A stretch of DNA of 13,708 nucleotides from Acidobacteriota bacterium (GTDB taxonomy: Bacteria; Acidobacteriota; UBA4820; DSQY01). Under the pieces are notes generated by a model that ran no database searches, was not told where the DNA came from, and saw nothing but the letters and a program-made list of their open reading frames with translations. This document shows, piece by piece, positions 1 to 5,201 of this stretch. The translations under genes and the position numbers were made by a program. The DNA is taken from NCBI GenBank assembly GCA_049967655.1, contig JBMFSH010000055.1:1-13708 (forward strand). The letters are read 5' to 3'. The stretch's first letter is position 1; every line of letters begins with the position of its first letter.

Positions 1-105
1 GGTGGAAACCCGCCTCGGCTCAGTCGAAACCCAGCTCGATGCGGTGGAAACCCGCCTCGGCTCAGTCGAAACCCACCTCGATGCGGTGGAGACCAAACTC
101 GATGC
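1..105 (+). repeat. Coding tandem repeat: 42-bp unit x2 (1-42, 43-84) plus a 21-bp half unit (85-105)
   Basis: ggtggaaacccgcctcggctcagtcgaaaccca(g/c)ctcgatgc is repeated with one mismatch. It encodes 14-aa double heptads. Confidence 0.9.
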
Positions 106-256
106 CTTCGCCGCGGAAACGCGCTCGAACTTCGAGGAGTTGAGAGCCAGCATCAAATTCTCCTACGCCGAGCTCGATCGCAGGGTCAGCGACCTCGAGC
201 ACATCGTCCAGAGCCTCGTCCACCGAGTCCAAGAACTCGAAACGCGCTACCGCTAA
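2..256 (+). CDS. Hypothetical coiled-coil protein with heptad repeats (5'-truncated by the window edge)
   Basis: The frame is open from the window start to TAA at 254-256. Heptads VETRLGS/VETQLDA/VETRLGS/VETHLDA/VETKLDA are followed by an amphipathic helical C-terminus (FEELRASIKFSYAELDRRVSDLE). Third codon positions are GC-rich. Confidence 0.8.
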   Translation: METRLGSVETQLDAVETRLGSVETHLDAVETKLDAFAAETRSNFEELRASIKFSYAELDRRVSDLEHIVQSLVHRVQELETRYR

Positions 257-305
257 AAAGTCCGTCGCCCGTGTTCGGCCGCGGGAAATCACCCGCCGCT
301 GTTTC

Positions 306-525
306 CCGCCCGTACGGGCGGCCGCCCCTGGCCGCCCGGCATGGGGCCGGGTGTCGCATCGGCCACGGGAGGCCCCGGAGGGCCTCCCCTACGGCGCAAC
401 CCGGCCGGCGCGATTTCGGTGCGGCCGCACCCTTGCGGCCGATGCGCCGTTCCCCGCCTCGCGTGTCGTGCCCGCGTAGCGGCCGGCGGAAGCCGGTCGT
501 CGGCCGCCCATCGGGCGGCCGCACC
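306..525. repeat. Cluster of REP-like GC-rich palindromes between convergent genes
   Basis: Five hairpins, each next to a tetranucleotide foot: GTAC + CGGGCGGCC..GGCCGCCCG (312-338, +); GTAG-GGGAGGCCC-TCCG-GGGCCTCCC (367-392, -); GGTG-CGGCCGCA-CCCT-TGCGGCCG (418-441, +); GTAG-CGGCCGGC-GGAA-GCCGGTCG (476-499, +); GGTG-CGGCCGCCC-GAT-GGGCGGCCG (501-525, -). There is also a perfect 16-bp palindrome at 306-321. Confidence 0.7.
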
Positions 526-586
526 GGTGAATGAAGGCCTTCGATGCCGCGGGCACAGGCCGCAGCATAGTTCCGGTGTTTGACTC

Positions 587-1333
587 TTAGCCCGCTACTC
601 TTTCTCGAATCACCCTCGCGAGAAAGATGGGCCCGGAAACGAAGGTCCTCCTCCACAGCCGGCGCGGCTCCCGTAGAAGCCGGGGCAGCCATTCGAGCCC
701 CATGCGCTGGAAAGCCGGGTGCGAGCGCCGCACTCGCTCCGTGTAGAAATCGAAAACCGCCCCCACGGCCCCGGCGAAGCCCACCCGCAGGAGCGGCCAG
801 TTGCGCGCCAGCCACATCTCCTGCTTGGGAGCCGTCATAGCGACCCACAGGACCTGCGCGCCGGAGCGGTTCACGGCCTGCACCATGGCGCGCTCCTCGG
901 CCTCGGAAAAACTTTCGGCGAAAGGCGGCGAGAGCGTGCCCGCCACCTCCACCGAGGGGAACTCGCGGTGAAGCCTTTCCACCATGGCCCCCAGGGTCTC
1001 CGGGGTAGAACCGAGCAGGAAGACCTTGCCGCCGCTCCTCTGCTGCAGGGCCCTGTGGACCGCCAGGAAGACGTCCATGCCCGTCACGCGCTCGCGGATG
1101 CCCGCGCCGAGGATGCGGCTCGCCAGGAGGATCCCCGCCCCATCGGGCACCAGGATGTCCGCCCCGTGCAATGCGGCCTTGAATTCGGGCGTACCCTCGG
1201 CCACGACGATGGAGTGCGGGTTGGCGCACGCGAACCAGGTGCGGTCCCCTCGGTCCATCGCCGCCAGCGCCGACGCGGCTACCTGCCCCGCGCTCTCCCG
1301 CGTGATCGTGTAGCCCAGGATTTGCGCCTTCAT
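587..1333 (-). CDS. WecB/TagA/CpsF family glycosyltransferase (GT26)
   Basis: Motifs ANPHS, ADILVPDGAGI, ERVTGMD, VFLLGS, LWVAMTAPKQEMW, VGAVFDF and GLEWLPRLLREPRRLWRR. Start placed at ATG 1333 (MKAQILG); GTG 1351 and the track start at 1372 are alternatives. Confidence 0.93.
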   Translation of the reverse strand: MKAQILGYTITRESAGQVAASALAAMDRGDRTWFACANPHSIVVAEGTPEFKAALHGADILVPDGAGILLASRILGAGIRERVTGMDVFLAVHRALQQRSGGKVFLLGSTPETLGAMVERLHREFPSVEVAGTLSPPFAESFSEAEERAMVQAVNRSGAQVLWVAMTAPKQEMWLARNWPLLRVGFAGAVGAVFDFYTERVRRSHPAFQRMGLEWLPRLLREPRRLWRRTFVSGPIFLARVIRERVAG

Positions 1334-1430
1334 GCCTTCGTTGTCGTTCACTCTTCCCGCGTCTTCCCACAAGCAGTGGCCCCCGCCCCTCTGCCCCTCC
1401 GCTCCTCCGCTTTCTCGACTTTCTTAGCTC

Positions 1431-2651
1431 TTAACTCATCCCCCCCGCTTTTAACCTACGAGCGCGCGCCCCTTCGTAGATGCGCACCAGCATCTGGTAA
1501 TTGGCCTGCGCGGTGTAGTGCGCCTCGAAGGCCTCCCGCGCGCCCGCGCCCATGGCCTCCAGCGCCTCCGGCGCCTCCCAGGCCGCTCGCACGGCCTCCA
1601 GCAGGGGCCGCGCGTCGCCGGGCTCGAAGAGGACGCCCGTACGCCCCTCCTCCACCAGCTCGGCCATGGAGCCCAGCCGCGACGCGGCCACCGGCACGCC
1701 CAGGGCGTAGGCCTCGCGGATGACCATGGGGAAGCCCTCGAAGCAGATGGAGGGCAGGATCAGCAGGCGGCTCTGCGCCACGGTCTCCTGCGCCTGCGCG
1801 AAGGGAAGCTGGCCGCGCAGAATCACGCGCCCGGTGAGCCCCGCCTCGCGGATCACCGTCTCCAGCAGAGGGCGCTCGGGCCCCTCGCCGATCAGCTCCA
1901 AACGCGGCGCGCTCTCCCCCCACAGACGCCACGCCTCCACGAGAAAGCGCACGCCCTTCTCCTCCCCCAGCCGCCCTATGAAGACGGCCCTCGCGTCCCG
2001 CTCCGCCCACGGGCGCGGCACGGGCGGGTTTGCGTAGAAGTGCGGCTTCACCGAGACCTTTTCTCCCGGCAGGCCCGCCGCCACCAGCTTCTCCCGCTGA
2101 AACTCCGTGAGGGAGATGAAGGCGTCCACGTCCCGCCGCCACGTCCCCAGGGCACGGTGCAGAGCGATGGAGAAAGCCAGCGGCGCCGTCGCCAGCCGGC
2201 TCCCCCGGTAACAGCCGTACCGCAGGGCCGGTCCCACGCTGTGCCGGTCCAGGCACTCGGTGCAGGTCTGCCCGTCCCGCATGGGGATGGCCGCCGCGCA
2301 GAAGGTACGGTAGTTGTGCAGGGTCAGCACCGTCGCCGTGCGCAGGCCGCGCGCCGCACCGAAGACCGCCGGCGAAATCAGCGGAAAGGTGTTGTGCGCG
2401 TGCAGGACGTCGGGCCGCTCCCGCACCAGCACCCGGCGCACCGCACGCACGGCGAACGGGTTCCACGGCGCCGCCAGCGCGCCTCTCAGCGTGCCCAGCG
2501 CGCCCGCCCGCGCCAGATCGTCGCTGTGCCGCGTGAACTCCAGCACCTCGTGGCCGCGGGAGCGCAGCAGCTCCCGCTCCGCCTCGAAGACGGCGTTCTC
2601 GCCGCTCGGCGCCGACGAGCGGTAGAAGTTGTGGACGAGAAGGATTTTCAT
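1431..2651 (-). CDS. Glycosyltransferase family 4
   Basis: N-terminal MKILLVHNFY..SGE, PDVLHAHN, TLHNYRTFC, FIGRLGEEKG, and the E-x7-E motif FEGFPMVIREAYALGVPV. Confidence 0.95.
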   Translation of the reverse strand: MKILLVHNFYRSSAPSGENAVFEAERELLRSRGHEVLEFTRHSDDLARAGALGTLRGALAAPWNPFAVRAVRRVLVRERPDVLHAHNTFPLISPAVFGAARGLRTATVLTLHNYRTFCAAAIPMRDGQTCTECLDRHSVGPALRYGCYRGSRLATAPLAFSIALHRALGTWRRDVDAFISLTEFQREKLVAAGLPGEKVSVKPHFYANPPVPRPWAERDARAVFIGRLGEEKGVRFLVEAWRLWGESAPRLELIGEGPERPLLETVIREAGLTGRVILRGQLPFAQAQETVAQSRLLILPSICFEGFPMVIREAYALGVPVAASRLGSMAELVEEGRTGVLFEPGDARPLLEAVRAAWEAPEALEAMGAGAREAFEAHYTAQANYQMLVRIYEGARARRLKAGGMS

Positions 2652-2665
2652 GGGTACGAGGATTC

Positions 2666-2800
2666 GGGGCTGAAGCGACCCCTACCATCGCCACCTAAAG
2701 GTGGCTCCTACTGGGTAGCCAGGGTTCCCGAACGAAAGTCCTGCGGGGATCGCGGTCGGCAGCACCCCGGTCGTCGTGGGAGCGACCTTCAGGTCGCGAT
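2666..2800. repeat. GTAG/GTGG-family REP-like palindromes
   Basis: GTAGGAGCCACC-TTTA-GGTGGCGAT (2687-2711, -) and GTGGGAGCGACC-TTCA-GGTCGCGAT (2776-2800, +) share a 25-nt architecture with a compensatory stem change. A weaker GTAG-GGG..CCCC hairpin lies at 2666-2685 (-). Confidence 0.75.
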
Positions 2801-2812
2801 CCCTTTTCTATT

Positions 2813-2912
2813 CGGGGAGGCAGGCGCCTCGCCTGCCCGATGAAGGCCGAATTCCATCCAAATCTTGAAGGTTTATCGTCTTTCCCGACAGGCGGGGGCG
2901 CCTGTCGCTCCG
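2813..2912. repeat. REPIN-like inverted doublet of CAGGCG..CGCCTG palindromes, containing the left 28-bp direct repeat (2885-2912)
   Basis: GGCAGGCG-CCT-CGCCTGCC (2819-2837) faces CGACAGGCG-GGGG-CGCCTGTCG (2886-2907). Positions 2885-2912 are identical to 3788-3815. Confidence 0.75.
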
Positions 2913-2922
2913 GTTCTGACCC

Positions 2923-3040
2923 GTCATCTCGAGGTATCGGTAGCGAAGGACACCACAGGAGGGATCTCGAACCCCGCTCTTGCAGAACCATCGGCTGAGA
3001 TTCCTCCAAGGCCAAGCCCCGAAGCTGCCCTCGGAATGAC
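2923..3040. repeat. 118-bp GTCAT...ATGAC hairpin element, copy A (MITE/REP-like)
   Basis: Imperfect terminal inverted repeats GTCATCTCGAGG / CCTCGGAATGAC and an inner stem GGAGGGATCTC / GAGATTCCTCC. It aligns without gaps to 4914-5031 (92/118 identical by hand count). Confidence 0.8.
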
Positions 3041-3110
3041 GTCATCCACCGGGGCGCCCGTCGCCCTGGAATGACCGCCAGGGGCGCCTGCTCCCTGGGT
3101 GATTTTCCCT

Positions 3111-3338
3111 TTAGAGGAGAGACGTGAAAGCCTCGATGGTTAAGCCCGTATCGCGGAGAATGGTGCGCAGGATGGCCGGATGCAAGACCTTTCCAGTGTG
3201 CACGGGGAGCGTTATGCGCACCCCTGCAGAATTTCGGAGAATCTGGTGGCTTCCGCTCTGGCGCACTTTGACGTACCCCGCCTTCATGAGCGCGGAGAGA
3301 GCCTCCTTCGCGGTTACTCGTGGGAGCTTCGGGGTCAT
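3111..3338 (-). CDS. hicA: HicA family toxin (mRNA interferase, dsRBD fold)
   Basis: 75 aa and basic. Contains PKLPRVTAKE..L.KAGY..VRQSGSH (catalytic His), ITLPVH and ILRTILRDTGL. Its start overlaps the hicB stop (ATGA, 3335-3338). Confidence 0.93.
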   Translation of the reverse strand: MTPKLPRVTAKEALSALMKAGYVKVRQSGSHQILRNSAGVRITLPVHTGKVLHPAILRTILRDTGLTIEAFTSLL

Positions 3339-3559
3339 ACGGCGATGTCGAAGGAAGTTAGGGATACGGATTCCGCCTGGGGGATCTCCTCCCCTTCGGC
3401 GAGCCGATCCTCCACGTGCAAGCGAACGGCATCATGGACCGCCTTGAGGGCCTCTTCGTAGGTTTTCCCCTGGGCGTAGCACCCCTGGAGCTCAGAGCAG
3501 AAGGCAACGTAGCCTTCCTCGTACTTTTCAACCCGAATGGAAAAGCGATAGTGCTTCAT
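3335..3559 (-). CDS. hicB: HicB family antitoxin, short form with no C-terminal DNA-binding domain
   Basis: 74 aa and acidic, with YVAFCSELQGCYAQGKTYEEAL..VHDAVRLH...GEEIP. A GGAG RBS lies upstream of ATG 3559. Confidence 0.92.
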   Translation of the reverse strand: MKHYRFSIRVEKYEEGYVAFCSELQGCYAQGKTYEEALKAVHDAVRLHVEDRLAEGEEIPQAESVSLTSFDIAV

Positions 3560-3577
3560 GTCTCGATCTCCATGAAA

Positions 3578-3606
3578 AAGCTAACGCTAACGGCACCTTG
3601 TGTCAA
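3578..3606 (-). promoter_or_regulatory. sigma70-type promoter for hicBA
   Basis: Minus strand TTGACA (3606-3601), a 17-bp spacer, then TAGCTT (3583-3578), 18 nt upstream of the hicB ATG. It lies in an AT-richer patch of otherwise very GC-rich DNA. Confidence 0.75.
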
Positions 3607-3703
3607 CTCAGCAGGTGGCCATCGCGCCGCCTGCCCCATGTAGAAGCGGCCGGGGGGGCAGGCGCCCCAATGTAGCCGTCATTCCCGCCCCGCTCCCTCC
3701 CCC

Positions 3704-3779
3704 GTCATGCCGGCGACCGAAGGGCGTCCGGAATCGTTCCCCTCCGCCCCAAGAAGGATGCCGGACAAGCCGGGATGAC
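3704..3779. repeat. 76-bp GTCAT...ATGAC hairpin element (second subfamily)
   Basis: Termini GTCATGCCGGC / GCCGGGATGAC are 10/11 complementary. The inner stem GTCCGGAATC / GATGCCGGAC is 9/10 complementary. Confidence 0.75.
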
Positions 3780-3787
3780 CCCAAAAG

Positions 3788-3815
3788 CCGACAGGCGGGG
3801 GCGCCTGTCGCTCCG
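3788..3815. repeat. 28-bp palindromic direct repeat (right copy)
   Basis: ccgacaggcgggggcgcctgtcgctccg is identical to 2885-2912 and contains a 9-bp perfect stem. Confidence 0.9.
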
Positions 3816-3861
3816 ATGTGGCCGTCAGTTCAGGGAGCGCCCCTCTGCCCCTCTCCCTTCT

Positions 3862-4854
3862 TCACTCCCCCTGCGCGAACACGCCCTTGTAGTACTCCAG
3901 GCACTGGGCCAAGCCGTCGGCGAGCTTCCAGCCTGGAGCGAAGCCCAGCGCCGCGCTCGCCGCGGAAACGTCGGCGTGGGAATGGCGCACGTCCCCCGCC
4001 CTCGCCTCCCGGCGCTCCGGCGAGACCGCCCGCCCCGTCACCCGCCCGATGATCTGCGCCAGCTCGTTGATGGTGACGCGCTCGGTGCTGGCCACGTTGT
4101 AGGCGCGCCCGCACGCCGCCTCCGGCGCCCCGGCGGCCAGAAGGTTGGCGGTCACGGCGTCCTCGATGTAGGTGAAGTCGCGCGTCTGCTCGCCGTCCCC
4201 GAAGATCACGGGCGTCTCGCCCTTCAGGCACGCCTTGAAGAAGAGCGGGATGACGCCCGCGTAAGCGCCGCTGGGGTCCTGCCGCGGGCCGTAGGCGTTG
4301 AAGTACCGCAGGCCCACCGTCTCAAGCCCGTAGATGCGCCCGAAGGTCTCCGCCACCTGCTCCCCCACCGCCTTCGAAAGGCTGTACGGCGAAAGCACGC
4401 GCCCCTCGCGGCCCTCGCGCAGGGGAAGCTCCATGCTGTCCCCGTAGACCCCCGACGAGGACGCGTAGACCACGCGCCGCACCCCCGCGTCCCTCGCCGC
4501 CGTGAGGACGTTCACCGTCCCCTGGACGTTGATCGAGAGCGTCTCGGCCGGCGCCGCCATGGACCCCGGCACCGAGATGGACGCCGCCTGGTGGAAGACC
4601 CACCGCACGCCCTCGCAGGCCTCCCGGCAGAGGGCCAGGTCCCGGACGTCCCCGCGCAGGAAGGCCACCGGCCCCGCCGGCGACCCCTTTGCGGGAAGCC
4701 AGCGCGCGAGGTTGTCGAGCTTCCCCGCGGAGAGGTCGTCCAGCACCCGCACCCGCGCCCCGCGCTCCGCCAGCGCGTCCACCAGGTGCGAGCCGATGAA
4801 GCCCGCCCCCCCCGTCACCAGAACCGGCACGTCTCGCAGATCAGGAATTCCCAT
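3862..4854 (-). CDS. NAD-dependent epimerase/dehydratase (extended SDR), WbpP/TviC-like UDP-GlcNAc(A) 4-epimerase
   Basis: Motifs TGGAGFIGS, HQAASISVPGS, YASSSGVYG, YxxxK (YSLSK), LRYFNAYGPRQDPSGAYAGVIP and GDGEQTRDF. An AAGG-type RBS is present. Confidence 0.93.
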   Translation of the reverse strand: MGIPDLRDVPVLVTGGAGFIGSHLVDALAERGARVRVLDDLSAGKLDNLARWLPAKGSPAGPVAFLRGDVRDLALCREACEGVRWVFHQAASISVPGSMAAPAETLSINVQGTVNVLTAARDAGVRRVVYASSSGVYGDSMELPLREGREGRVLSPYSLSKAVGEQVAETFGRIYGLETVGLRYFNAYGPRQDPSGAYAGVIPLFFKACLKGETPVIFGDGEQTRDFTYIEDAVTANLLAAGAPEAACGRAYNVASTERVTINELAQIIGRVTGRAVSPERREARAGDVRHSHADVSAASAALGFAPGWKLADGLAQCLEYYKGVFAQGE

Positions 4855-4913
4855 TCAGCACCTTTCCTTGGGAAGGTTGTTCGTCTTGCGGGCATACGCG
4901 TCAATCATCATTC

Positions 4914-5031
4914 GTCATCCCGATGCGTCTCTTGCGAAAGCCCACCCCGGAGGGGTCCCGGACGCCGTTCCTGCAGGACCATCGCCTGAGATTCCTCCGG
5001 AGCCAAGCCCCGAAGCGTCCCTCGGAATGAC
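4914..5031. repeat. 118-bp GTCAT...ATGAC hairpin element, copy B
   Basis: Same length as, and collinear with, 2923-3040. It is followed by GGCGCCTGTGGCTCCG twice and by GGGCAGGCG-CCCC-CGCCTGCCC (5107-5128), modules also seen in the 2800-3100 spacer. Confidence 0.8.
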
Positions 5032-5201
5032 GGAATCAACGACGGCGCCTGTGGCTCCGAAAACAACTGTGGCGAGGGCGCCTGTGGCTCCGTTCTTTTA
5101 TCCGAGGGGCAGGCGCCCCCGCCTGCCCGATTAAATCCCACCCCAACCAGGTCCTTATGGACGAGCGAGCGTGCACCGGCCTGCGTTGCGAAAGACCCCG
5201 C

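Noticed and set aside
2695..3074. Small ORFs 2695-3045 (-) and 2865-3074 (+), and similar peptides at 4908-5141 and the end of 4502-5134
   Set aside because: The shared peptide similarity is explained by the palindromic DNA repeat. Starts and stops are not conserved between copies.
2652..3861. Autonomous IS, integron cassette or prophage carrying hicBA
   Set aside because: There is no transposase or integrase, no clear target-site duplication, and no recognisable attC RYYYAAC...GTTRRRY pair.
4870..4905. sigma70 promoter for the epimerase (TTGACG on the minus strand)
   Set aside because: There is no acceptable -10 at 16-18 bp; the sequence there is AACAAC-like.
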